NCBI GenBank assembly: GCA_033854735.1
Contig: JAWWPY010000024.1
Span: 9,042 to 73,041 of the forward strand
Reading direction: 5' to 3'
DNA length: 64,000 bases
Source: Streptosporangiaceae bacterium
GTDB taxonomy: Bacteria; Actinomycetota; Actinomycetes; Streptosporangiales; Streptosporangiaceae
Part shown: positions 1 to 8,190 of the stretch, piece by piece
Layout: each line of letters begins with the position of its first letter
Position numbering within the stretch: the stretch's first letter is position 1
Program-made: the position numbers and the translations under genes
Notes under the pieces: generated by a model
Told to the model about the DNA's origin: nothing
The model's database searches: none
Seen by the model: the letters and a program-made list of their open reading frames with translations, nothing else

Positions 1-409
1 CGGCCGTCGTGCCTGCGTAAACCCCTATCGTGCTGGCGATGCCGACCCGGGGGACGGACCACTCCCGGGCCGCCTGCAGCACGTTGAGCAAGCCCTGGGT
101 TCCCGCCCGGAAGCCGTCAACCGGGTCGGGCGTGCCGATGCCGGGCCCGGCGAGGTGGACGATGCCAGTGATCTCGTGACGGGAGCCGATCTCGAGGAAC
201 GCCGCCGTGTCGGTGATGTCGAGCGGTTCAATGAATGCCCGGGTGCCGATCTCGCCGCCGATGAGGCCGGTATCCCTGGCCGCGCGGTGCTGCGTGAGCA
301 CGCACGATTCGCCCAGATCGAGCAGGGCCCGGGCGGTGTGCTGGCCGATGAATCCCATGCCGCCGGTCACCAGGATCATGAAGCCGTCCTTCTCTGCCGT
401 CCGGCCCAT
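1..409 (-). CDS. NAD-dependent epimerase/dehydratase family protein (N-terminal part; gene runs off window start)
   Basis: Absent from the ORF track because it is open at the window edge. Reverse-complement translation from ATG 409 reads MGRTAEKDGFMILVTGGMGFIGQHTARALLDLGE..., a Rossmann GxxGxxG N-terminus. Alternative start at 379 (MILVTGG). Confidence 0.6.
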   Translation of the reverse strand, partial: MGRTAEKDGFMILVTGGMGFIGQHTARALLDLGESCVLTQHRAARDTGLIGGEIGTRAFIEPLDITDTAAFLEIGSRHEITGIVHLAGPGIGTPDPVDGFRAGTQGLLNVLQAAREWSVPRVGIASTIGVYAGTTA

Positions 410-416
410 GTTGTTA

Positions 417-457
417 GCCGGCTAGTGACTAGCGTAGCCACGACATCACTAGCCGGC
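417..457. promoter_or_regulatory. 12-bp perfect inverted repeat (GCCGGCTAGTGA-n17-TCACTAGCCGGC) in a divergent intergenic region
   Basis: Arms at 417-428 and 446-457 are exact reverse complements. They lie 8 nt upstream of the minus-strand epimerase start, in the 297-bp gap before the DUF2079 gene. Confidence 0.3.
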
Positions 458-706
458 AAATGACATTGTCGGCACATTTCTGTAATTTCCCGGGTGCCGC
501 GCTCCGCCGCCGCGGTGCAGACTGGATCCAGGCTGCTCATGTCGTCGCAGGTCGCGACCGCAAATCGTGACCGGCGGCTCAGCCTGCACCCAGGAGCGGC
601 GGCGATCGGCACGGTTCACCGGGAAAGCGTCCGGGCACCCCTGTAGGCATGGCGGACGCCGTCCAGAAACCTTGATCGAACTGCGGCGCGGAACTCACGG
701 CCGTGC

Positions 707-2317
707 ATGTTAGGCTGCGCCGCCATGCCTCAGCAGGGACCGCCGGAGGCGGACGAGGGACCGGAGGGCGCGATCACCACGGATCCTGGCCTTCCTGGCG
801 TGTTGCCCCAGGCCGCAGGCCAGGTCGTCGCGGCGGGCGAGACAGGCCGCCCACCGGCGGCCCGGCGGGCGGACTGGGTGCCGTGGCTGATCGCCCTGGC
901 CGTGTTCGGCGCTTACAGCACCCTCTCGATTTCCCGGTACGTACGCCTCGCTCCGGGCTCGTGGGACCTGGGCATCTTCACCGAGGACGTCAAGCAGCTC
1001 GCCCATCTGCGAGCGCCGGTCGTGGACATCATGGGGGCCGGCTCCAACCTGCTTGGTGTTCACTTCCAGCCGATCGTGGCGCTGATCGCCCCGTTCTTCC
1101 GGCTGGCTCCGAGCGCGGTCACGCTGCTCCTGGCGCAGGCACTGCTCACGGCGCTGTCCGTGATCCCGGTGAGCCGCGGCGCCACCGCCAAGCTGGGTAC
1201 CGCGGCGGGCCGGATGATCGCTGCCGCGTACGGGTTCTCGTGGGGCCTCCAGCAGATGATCGATTTCGACTTCCACGAGATCGCCTTTGCCGTGCCGTTG
1301 CTGGCCTGTTCCCTGTCCGCACTGCTGCGCGGCAAGACACGGGCGGCCGCGCTCTGGGCGGTGCCCCTGGTCTTCGTCAAGGAGGACCAGGGATTCACCG
1401 TCGCGGCCATCGGTGTCATGATCATGATCAATGCCCGGCGGAGCCGCATCCGGGCGGCCACCGACGACAGCGCCCCCGCCTCCAGCACCCGGGACGCCGA
1501 TACCGGGCTCTTCCTCATGTTCTGGGGGATCGCCTGGTCCCTGGCCGCGATCGCAGTGATCATCCCGCATTTCAACGTGGCCCATCAGTACCCGTTCTGG
1601 CCCGACGGCGGCGCGATCAGCGTCGGCACCGGGCACCATTCCACGAGCGGACTGCTCAGCCAGGTCACCGAGGGCTACCGGCAGAAACTCGACACCACGG
1701 CGCTCATCCTCCTGCCGGTGGCCTTCCTCGCCCTGCGGTCACCTCTCGTGCTGGTGGCCGTGCCCAGCCTGGCCCTGCGCTTCATCTCAACCAACAGCAG
1801 CTTCTGGGGCACGGCATGGCACTACAACGCGACCGTGATGCCCATCGTGTTCATCGCCGCCATCGACGTGCTGGCCCGGATCGGGGCCTGCCGCGCCGCG
1901 GCCGGGAGGGTGCGCCGGATACTCGCCACCGCGGCCGTCCGGCTCATCCCGGTGGTCATGGTGGCCATCGCGGTGGTGCTCGCCTTCCGGTTCCCGCTGG
2001 ACGGCCTCTGGAAGCCGCGGACGTACGCGATCGATCAGCATGTCCGCGTGGAGAACGAGGCGATGGCCAGGGTGCCCGACGGGACTACCGCCGAGACGAC
2101 CCTGACCATGCTCGCCCCGCTGGCCGCCCGGGCCGACACGTTCTGGATCGGCACCTCCCCGAATCCGGCGCCCCAGTACATCGTGTTCGACGACACCGAC
2201 AGCGGCTGGAGCCCAGAACCGCAGAACGTTCTCTCGTTCGTCGAGTCGCGCCACCCTGGCACCAGGTACCGGCAGATCTTCCTGACCGACGGCGTCTACG
2301 TGTTCCGCCGCTCTTAG
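707..2317 (+). CDS. DUF2079-like integral membrane protein
   Basis: 536-aa multi-pass hydrophobic ORF. The N-terminal block SWDLGIFTEDVKQLAHL...GVHFQPIVALIAPFF matches my recollection of the DUF2079 family. ATG 707 is followed by a TTA codon; ATG 725 (MPQQGPP) is an alternative start. Confidence 0.7.
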   Translation: MLGCAAMPQQGPPEADEGPEGAITTDPGLPGVLPQAAGQVVAAGETGRPPAARRADWVPWLIALAVFGAYSTLSISRYVRLAPGSWDLGIFTEDVKQLAHLRAPVVDIMGAGSNLLGVHFQPIVALIAPFFRLAPSAVTLLLAQALLTALSVIPVSRGATAKLGTAAGRMIAAAYGFSWGLQQMIDFDFHEIAFAVPLLACSLSALLRGKTRAAALWAVPLVFVKEDQGFTVAAIGVMIMINARRSRIRAATDDSAPASSTRDADTGLFLMFWGIAWSLAAIAVIIPHFNVAHQYPFWPDGGAISVGTGHHSTSGLLSQVTEGYRQKLDTTALILLPVAFLALRSPLVLVAVPSLALRFISTNSSFWGTAWHYNATVMPIVFIAAIDVLARIGACRAAAGRVRRILATAAVRLIPVVMVAIAVVLAFRFPLDGLWKPRTYAIDQHVRVENEAMARVPDGTTAETTLTMLAPLAARADTFWIGTSPNPAPQYIVFDDTDSGWSPEPQNVLSFVESRHPGTRYRQIFLTDGVYVFRRS

Positions 2318-2368
2318 CTAAATACCGGCGGGTAGGTAGAGTCTTGATCGGATCCGTCGGGAGGCGCC

Positions 2369-3613
2369 ATGGACTTCGCGTACGACACTCAGACCGAGGA
2401 ATTCCGGAAGCGGCTCCTCGACTTCATGGACGAGTATGTCTACCCGGCCGAGCCCGTGTTCGCCGAGCAGGCCGCGCGCAACGCTCGGGAAGGCCACCGC
2501 TGGAGCCGCCCGCCAGTGGTGGCTGAACTCAAGGAGCAGGCGCGCAGCCGTGGCCTGTGGAACCTTTTTCTGGCCCACAACGAATCCGGTGCCGGACTCA
2601 CGAACCTCCAGTACGCGCCGTTGGCGGAGATCACCGGGCGCAGTCCATGGCTGGCGCCGGAGGCGCTGAACTGTGCCGCGCCGGACACCGGGAACATGGA
2701 ACTGCTGGCCGAGTTCGGCACGGAGCAGCAGCGTGATCGCTGGCTCCGGCCCTTGCTGGACGGGGAGATCCGGTCGGCTTTCTGCATGACCGAGCCCGAT
2801 GTCGCCTCCTCGGACGCGTCCAACATCGCCACCAGGATCGAGCGCGACGGCGGCGAGTATGTGATCAACGGCCGGAAGTGGTGGTCATCCGGGGCGATGA
2901 ACCCCGGGTGCGAGATCCTCATCGTGATGGGCAAGACCGCCCGCGGTGGTGACCGGCACCGTCAGCAGTCCATGATCCTGGTGCCCACCGGCACCCCGGG
3001 CGTCGATGTGCAGCGCGGGATGACCCTGTTCGGCTACGACGACGCGCCGCACGGCGGCCATGCCGAAGTGGAGTTCCGCGACGTCCGGGTGCCCGCCGCC
3101 AACCTGATCGCCGGGGAAGGCGACGGTTTCGCGATCGCCCAGGCCCGCCTCGGCCCCGGCCGGATCCACCACTGCATGCGGCTCATCGGCGCGTCAGAGC
3201 GGGCGCTCGGGCTGATGTGCCAGCGGGTCACCGACCGGACCGCCTTCGGCCGGCCCCTGGCTGAGCAGGGGGTCATCCAGGACTGGATCGCCGAGTCGCG
3301 GGTGCGCATCGAGCAGGCCCGCCTGCTCGTGCTCAAGACCGCCTGGATGATGGACACCGTGGGCAACAAGGGCGCGCACACCGAGATCCAGGCCATCAAG
3401 ATCGGCACTCCGGCGATGGCCGAGTGGGTGATCGACAAGGCGATCCAGGCTCACGGCGCGGCTGGCGTCAGCCAGGACTTCCCGCTGGCCGCCCTGTGGG
3501 CCAACGCCCGCACCCTGCGCTTCGCCGATGGGCCCGATGAGGTGCACAAGCGCTCGCTGGCCCGCCGGGAACTGCGGCCCTACCAGCAAGAATCCCGGCC
3601 CGGCCAGGGATGA
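2369..3613 (+). CDS. acyl-CoA dehydrogenase family protein (ACAD10/11-FadE-like)
   Basis: 414 aa, with GGGAGG shortly upstream of ATG 2369. ACAD-type sequence throughout, e.g. [15 protein letters not shown] and [31 protein letters not shown]. Confidence 0.85.
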   Translation: MDFAYDTQTEEFRKRLLDFMDEYVYPAEPVFAEQAARNAREGHRWSRPPVVAELKEQARSRGLWNLFLAHNESGAGLTNLQYAPLAEITGRSPWLAPEALNCAAPDTGNMELLAEFGTEQQRDRWLRPLLDGEIRSAFCMTEPDVASSDASNIATRIERDGGEYVINGRKWWSSGAMNPGCEILIVMGKTARGGDRHRQQSMILVPTGTPGVDVQRGMTLFGYDDAPHGGHAEVEFRDVRVPAANLIAGEGDGFAIAQARLGPGRIHHCMRLIGASERALGLMCQRVTDRTAFGRPLAEQGVIQDWIAESRVRIEQARLLVLKTAWMMDTVGNKGAHTEIQAIKIGTPAMAEWVIDKAIQAHGAAGVSQDFPLAALWANARTLRFADGPDEVHKRSLARRELRPYQQESRPGQG

Positions 3614-3636
3614 CATCCAGCAAGGAGAAACAGGAC

Positions 3637-4398
3637 ATGCCACAGGACGCACAACGGGTCGCCATCGTCACGGGCGCAGCCCGAGGTATCGGTGCCGCCA
3701 CCGCACGCCGCCTGGCCATCGACGGGCTGGCGGTCGCCGTGCTCGACCTGGACGCGGGCGCTTGCGAGCCGACCGTGGATGCGATCACGTCGGCGGGCGG
3801 GCGGGCATTCGCGGTCGGTGCCGACGTGAGCCAGGCCGACCAGGTGGAGGCCGCCGTCGGCAAGGTGGTCGCGGAGCTCGGGCCGCCGGCGGTCCTCGTC
3901 AACAACGCCGGGGTACTCAGGGACAACTTGATCTTCAAGATGTCCGAGGACGACTGGGACACGGTCCTCGGGGTGCACCTGCGCGGCGCGTTCCTGATGA
4001 CCCGCGCCGCCCAGAAGCACATGGTGGACCAGCATTTCGGCCGGATCATCAACCTGTCCTCCAGTTCCGCGCTCGGCAACCGGGGGCAGGTCAACTACTC
4101 CGCCGCCAAGGCGGGGATGCAGGGGTTCACGAAGACGCTCGCCATCGAGCTCGGCCCGTTCGGGGTCACCGCGAACGCGGTCGCGCCCGGCTTCATCGTC
4201 ACCGACATGACCGCGGCGACCGCCGCGCGCGTGCGCATGGATTTCGGTGACTTCCAGACCGCGGCGGCCTCGCAGATCCCGGTCCGCAGGGTCGGCCAGG
4301 TCGATGACGTCGCGCACACCATCTCGTTCCTGGCCAGCGAGGGCGCCGGGTTCGTGTCCGGCCAGGTGATCTACGTGGCGGGCGGGCCCCTGTGCTAG
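3637..4398 (+). CDS. SDR family oxidoreductase (3-oxoacyl-ACP reductase FabG-like)
   Basis: Motifs VAIVTGAARGIG, NNAG and YSAAKAG (YxxxK). AAGGAG at 3622-3627 favours ATG 3637 over the ATGA-overlapping ATG 3610. Confidence 0.85.
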   Translation: MPQDAQRVAIVTGAARGIGAATARRLAIDGLAVAVLDLDAGACEPTVDAITSAGGRAFAVGADVSQADQVEAAVGKVVAELGPPAVLVNNAGVLRDNLIFKMSEDDWDTVLGVHLRGAFLMTRAAQKHMVDQHFGRIINLSSSSALGNRGQVNYSAAKAGMQGFTKTLAIELGPFGVTANAVAPGFIVTDMTAATAARVRMDFGDFQTAAASQIPVRRVGQVDDVAHTISFLASEGAGFVSGQVIYVAGGPLC

Positions 4399-5639
4399 AC
4401 AACACCGGGCTAGACAACACCGGGCTAGGTAACACGGGGCAGGCGGGCACCATCACCACGGGCGATCTGCGCGACCGCGTCCGCGACTTCCTGGCTGGTC
4501 ATGACCCGGCCACGGTGCCCCCGCTGGAGTTCCTGCGGGCCCGATTCGACGCGGGCCTGGCCTGGGTGCATTACCCACCCGGGCTGGGTGGCCTGGGCCT
4601 GCCGCGCGCCGTGCAGTCGGTGGTGGACGCCGCGTTCGCCGCGGCGGGCGCGCCGAGCAACAACCCGGAGCGGATCGGCATCGGGCTCGGCATGGCCGCG
4701 CCCACCATCCTGGCCTTCGGCTCCGATGAGCAGAAGGAGCGCTGGCTCCGGCCGCTGTGGACCGGCGAGGAGGTCTGGTGCCAGCTCTTCAGCGAGCCGG
4801 GCGCGGGCTCTGACCTGGCCGGGCTGGCTACCCGCGCGGTGCGCGACCCGGATGGGTCCGGCGAGTGGCAGGTGACCGGCCAGAAGGTCTGGACGTCCTC
4901 GGCCCACCTGGCCCGCTGGGGCCTGCTGCTGGCCAGGACGGACCCGGATGTGCCCAAGCACCAGGGGCTCACCTACTTCATCTGCGATATGACCGCGGCC
5001 GGCGTGGAGGTGCGGCCGCTGCGCCAGCTCACCGGCGAGGCTGAGTTCAATGAGGTCTTCCTGTCCGGCGTGGTCGTCCCCGACGCCGACCGGATCGGCG
5101 CCGTGGGGGAGGGGTGGCGGGTGGCCCAGGGCACGCTGATGAACGAGCGGGTCTCCATCGGCGGGTCGGCCATCCCCCGGGAGGGCGGGATGATCGGCTC
5201 GGCCGCCCGGACCTGGCGCGAGCACCCGGAGCTGCGCACCCCGGGCCTCCATGACCGGATGCTCCGGCTGTGGGCCGGCGCCGAGGTCGCCCGGCTGTCC
5301 GGGGAGCGGCTCCGCCAGCAGCTCGCCGCGGGCCAGCCCGGCCCGGAAGGGTCGGCGGCCAAGCTGGTCTTCGCCCGGCTGAATCAGGAGATCTCCGCGT
5401 TCGAGCTCGAGCTGGCCGGCCCGGCTGGGCTCCGCTACCAGGACTGGAGTTTCCGCAGGCCCGAGACCGTCAATTTCTACGGCCGGGATGTGGGCTACCG
5501 GTACCTGCGGGCCAGGGGGAACTCGATCGAGGGGGGCACCTCGGAGATTCTGCGCAACATCATCGCCGAGCGGGTGCTCGGCCTGCCCCCGGAACCTCGC
5601 GTGGACACCCGCGTGCCCTGGAAGGACCTCCCGCGATGA
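4392..5639 (+). CDS. acyl-CoA dehydrogenase family protein
   Basis: 415 aa with FSEPGAGSDLAGL and the C-terminal IEGGTSEILRNIIAERVLGLP ACAD signature. The only plausible start is GTG 4392, which overlaps the upstream TAG. Confidence 0.85.
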   Translation: MLDNTGLDNTGLGNTGQAGTITTGDLRDRVRDFLAGHDPATVPPLEFLRARFDAGLAWVHYPPGLGGLGLPRAVQSVVDAAFAAAGAPSNNPERIGIGLGMAAPTILAFGSDEQKERWLRPLWTGEEVWCQLFSEPGAGSDLAGLATRAVRDPDGSGEWQVTGQKVWTSSAHLARWGLLLARTDPDVPKHQGLTYFICDMTAAGVEVRPLRQLTGEAEFNEVFLSGVVVPDADRIGAVGEGWRVAQGTLMNERVSIGGSAIPREGGMIGSAARTWREHPELRTPGLHDRMLRLWAGAEVARLSGERLRQQLAAGQPGPEGSAAKLVFARLNQEISAFELELAGPAGLRYQDWSFRRPETVNFYGRDVGYRYLRARGNSIEGGTSEILRNIIAERVLGLPPEPRVDTRVPWKDLPR

Positions 5640-6817
5640 GCCAGGGCGCCCGCGCGGACATGCCGAGCCTGCTGTACGGCGAGGACGAAGAGGAACTGCG
5701 GGCGGCGGTCCGGGCGCTGCTCGATGACCGGGCCGGCTGGCCGTCGGTCCTGGCCAGGATCGAGACCGCGGAGCCCTACGACACCGCGCTGTGGCGGCTG
5801 CTGGCCGCTGACATCGGCTGCGCCGGGCTGCTCATCCCGGAGGACCAGGGCGGCGCCGGGGCGAGTTACCGGGAGGCGGCCGTGGTCGCTGAGGAAGTGG
5901 GCCGCTCGGTAGCCCCCGTCCCGTATCTGGGCAGTGCGGTGGTCGCCACGGCGGCGCTGCTGGACGTGGGCGACACCACCCTGCTCAAGGATCTCGCTGG
6001 CGGGACGCTCACCGCGGCGCTGGCCGTCCCGTTCGCGGCCGGGCCCCCCGCGCCCTGGCCGTCCGCGGACGGCCCGATCAGCGGGGTGCGCGTCGCGGCG
6101 CCGCGCCCGGGGGATCCGGCTGGCCAGACCCGGCTGCGCGGGGCGGTGGCCGGGGTGGCCAACGCCCTCCCCGCCGACGTGCTGCTGCTGGCCGCCGACG
6201 GGGTGCCGCCTGGGCTGTACGCCGTGGACCACGGGGCGCCCGGGCTGACTGTGACCCCGGTCGTGTCCCTGGACGCGACCAGGGAACTGGCCGACATCAC
6301 CTTGGAGGATGTGCCCGCGCGCTGCGTCGCGTCCGGCCCGGCGGCGGTGCACGCGGTGCAGGCGGCGCTGGCCGCTGGCGCCGCGATGCTCGCCGCCGAG
6401 CAGATCGGCACGGCCCAGCGCTGCCTCGACATGACGGTCGCCTACCTGAAGGAACGTCATCAGTTCGCCCGCCCCGTAGGCTCCTTCCAGGCGCTCAAGC
6501 ACCGGCTGGCGGACGTGTGGGTGGCCATCACCCAGGCGCGTTCGGCCGCCAGGTACGCGGCTGCCTGCCTGGCCTCGGCCGATCCAGACGCGCCCGTCGC
6601 GGTCGCCCTGGCCAAGGCGAGTTGCAGCGAGGCGGCGGTGCACGCGGCGCAGGAGTGCGTGCAACTGCACGGCGGCATCGGCTTCACCTGGGAGCACCCG
6701 GCGCACCTGTACCTGAAGCGGGCCAAGAGTTCCTCGATCGGGTTCGGCACACCGGACTGGCACCGGGCCGTCCTCGCCGACCTGGCCGGACTGCCCGCCG
6801 CCAGCGGCCCGCGATGA
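5636..6817 (+). CDS. acyl-CoA dehydrogenase family protein (possible partner subunit of the preceding ACAD)
   Basis: In-frame ATG 5636 overlaps the upstream stop (ATGA). MSQGARADMPSLLYGEDEEELRAAVRALL..., with C-terminal HGGIGFTWEHPAHLYLKRAK. The ORF-track extension back to 5270 overlaps the upstream gene and is rejected. Confidence 0.8.
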   Translation: MSQGARADMPSLLYGEDEEELRAAVRALLDDRAGWPSVLARIETAEPYDTALWRLLAADIGCAGLLIPEDQGGAGASYREAAVVAEEVGRSVAPVPYLGSAVVATAALLDVGDTTLLKDLAGGTLTAALAVPFAAGPPAPWPSADGPISGVRVAAPRPGDPAGQTRLRGAVAGVANALPADVLLLAADGVPPGLYAVDHGAPGLTVTPVVSLDATRELADITLEDVPARCVASGPAAVHAVQAALAAGAAMLAAEQIGTAQRCLDMTVAYLKERHQFARPVGSFQALKHRLADVWVAITQARSAARYAAACLASADPDAPVAVALAKASCSEAAVHAAQECVQLHGGIGFTWEHPAHLYLKRAKSSSIGFGTPDWHRAVLADLAGLPAASGPR

Positions 6818-7590
6818 GGTCGGTCGCGGGCGCCGGTGTCGTGGTCACCGGGGCGGGCAGCGGGATCGGCGCCGCGCTGGCCAGAAGGTTCGCGGCCGAG
6901 GGCGCCCGGGTCGTCGTGAACGACATCAATGCCCCGGCGGCCGCCGCAGTGGCCGCCTCGTGCGACGCCGCGGTGGTGCCCGGCGACGCGGCCAGCGAGC
7001 AGGGCGTGGCGCACCTCATCGCGACCGCCGCCGAGGTGCTCGGCGGGATCGACCTGTACTGCGCGAACGCGGGCGTGGCGCGGGGGGGTGGCGAGGACGC
7101 GGCCGAGCCGGACTGGGACATCTCCTGGCAGGTCAATGTCATGGCCCATGTCCGGGCCGCCCGGCTGCTCACCGGGCCGTGGCTGGCGCGGGGGAGCGGC
7201 CACCTGATCTGCACCGTCTCGGCGGCCGGGCTGCTCACCATGCTCGGCTCGGCGCCGTACTCGGTGACCAAGCACGCCGCGCTCGGGTTCGCCGAGTGGA
7301 TGGCCGCGACCTACGAGCACCGGGGCATCACCGTGCAGGCGGTCTGCCCGCAAGGGGTGCGCACTCCGCTGCTGGACGCGAGCGGCGCCGTTGGCCAGGC
7401 GATCCTCGGCGGATCAGCGATCACCCCGGAGGCGGTCGCGGACGCGGTGATCGAGGGGATCGCCGACGGCCGGTTCCTCATCCTGCCGCACCCCGAGGTC
7501 GCCCGGATGTACGCGGGCCGCGCCACCGACCCGGATCGGTGGCTGCACAGCATGAACAAGCTCCAGCGATGTGTCGAGGAAGTCCGCTGA
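6814..7590 (+). CDS. SDR family oxidoreductase
   Basis: ATG 6814 overlaps the upstream stop (ATGA). Motifs VVVTGAGSGIGAALARRFAAEGARVVVND and YSVTKHA. Confidence 0.85.
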   Translation: MRSVAGAGVVVTGAGSGIGAALARRFAAEGARVVVNDINAPAAAAVAASCDAAVVPGDAASEQGVAHLIATAAEVLGGIDLYCANAGVARGGGEDAAEPDWDISWQVNVMAHVRAARLLTGPWLARGSGHLICTVSAAGLLTMLGSAPYSVTKHAALGFAEWMAATYEHRGITVQAVCPQGVRTPLLDASGAVGQAILGGSAITPEAVADAVIEGIADGRFLILPHPEVARMYAGRATDPDRWLHSMNKLQRCVEEVR

Positions 7591-7629
7591 GCTGATTCGC
7601 GTGAGCCGCCAGTGCGGCATGCTGTCGGA

Positions 7630-8190
7630 ATGACTGAGGTTGCCACGGGGACGATTCACCACATCGAACTGTGGGTGCCCGACCTGACCCGCGCCGAGGC
7701 CAGCTGGGGATGGCTGCTCGGCGCTCTCGGTTATGAGCTCTTCCAGCAGTGGCCGGAAGGACAGAGCTGGCGGGCTGGTGGCACCTACATCGTCCTTGAG
7801 CAGTCTCCGGCCCGCAGCGCGTTCCGGCACGATCGGCTCCGCCCCGGCCTCAACCACCTCGCCTTCCACGTCGCCACCAGTGACGGCATGCAGGACCTGG
7901 TGGCCCATGCGCTCGATCACGGCTGGCGGCTCATGTTCATTGACCGCCACCCTTACGCGGGCGGTGACCAGCACTTCGCCGCCTACCTGGAGGACCAGGA
8001 CGGCTACGAGGTCGAGCTCGTCGCCCCGGCGCCTGGGGTGTTATCTGCGGTCATGACCGCAGATAACACCCTCAGCGCGGGTCAGCCCGACATCAGTGCC
8101 GCTGACAGCCGGAGGTCGCGTGACGACCTGCCCACCTCGACGGTGAAGGTGCCACGTGGCCAGGTCCAGCCTCCGGCCTCGCAGTTGTAG
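7630..8190 (+). CDS. VOC (glyoxalase/bleomycin-resistance/dioxygenase) family protein with a long C-terminal tail
   Basis: IHHIELWVPDL...GLNHLAFHV...HFAAYLEDQDGYEVELVAP. GTG 7612 is an alternative start. The recognisable domain ends near 8025, but the frame stays open to 8190. Confidence 0.7.
   Translation: MTEVATGTIHHIELWVPDLTRAEASWGWLLGALGYELFQQWPEGQSWRAGGTYIVLEQSPARSAFRHDRLRPGLNHLAFHVATSDGMQDLVAHALDHGWRLMFIDRHPYAGGDQHFAAYLEDQDGYEVELVAPAPGVLSAVMTADNTLSAGQPDISAADSRRSRDDLPTSTVKVPRGQVQPPASQL
8036..8071. terminator. 36-nt perfect palindrome GGGTGTTATCTGCGGTCA/TGACCGCAGATAACACCC
   Basis: Exact self-complementarity read from the sequence. It lies 10 nt downstream of the GH3 stop (8082-8084, minus strand) and inside the tail of the VOC ORF. 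Confidence 0.5.

Noticed and set aside
703-2526. 607-aa ORF in a different frame over the DUF2079 gene
   Set aside because: Arg/Gly/Pro-rich translation with no hydrophobic structure or motifs. The frame starting at 707 gives a coherent multi-pass membrane protein.
5270-5635. N-terminal extensions offered by the ORF track for several genes (5270-6817, 6517-7590, 12643-14064, 20458-22362, 24488-25531, 36017-37105, 40894-42033, 58136-61462)
   Set aside because: Each extension overlaps the preceding gene or is Arg/Pro/Gly-rich. In each case an internal ATG or GTG with an overlap signature (ATGA/GTGA) or an RBS starts the recognisable domain.
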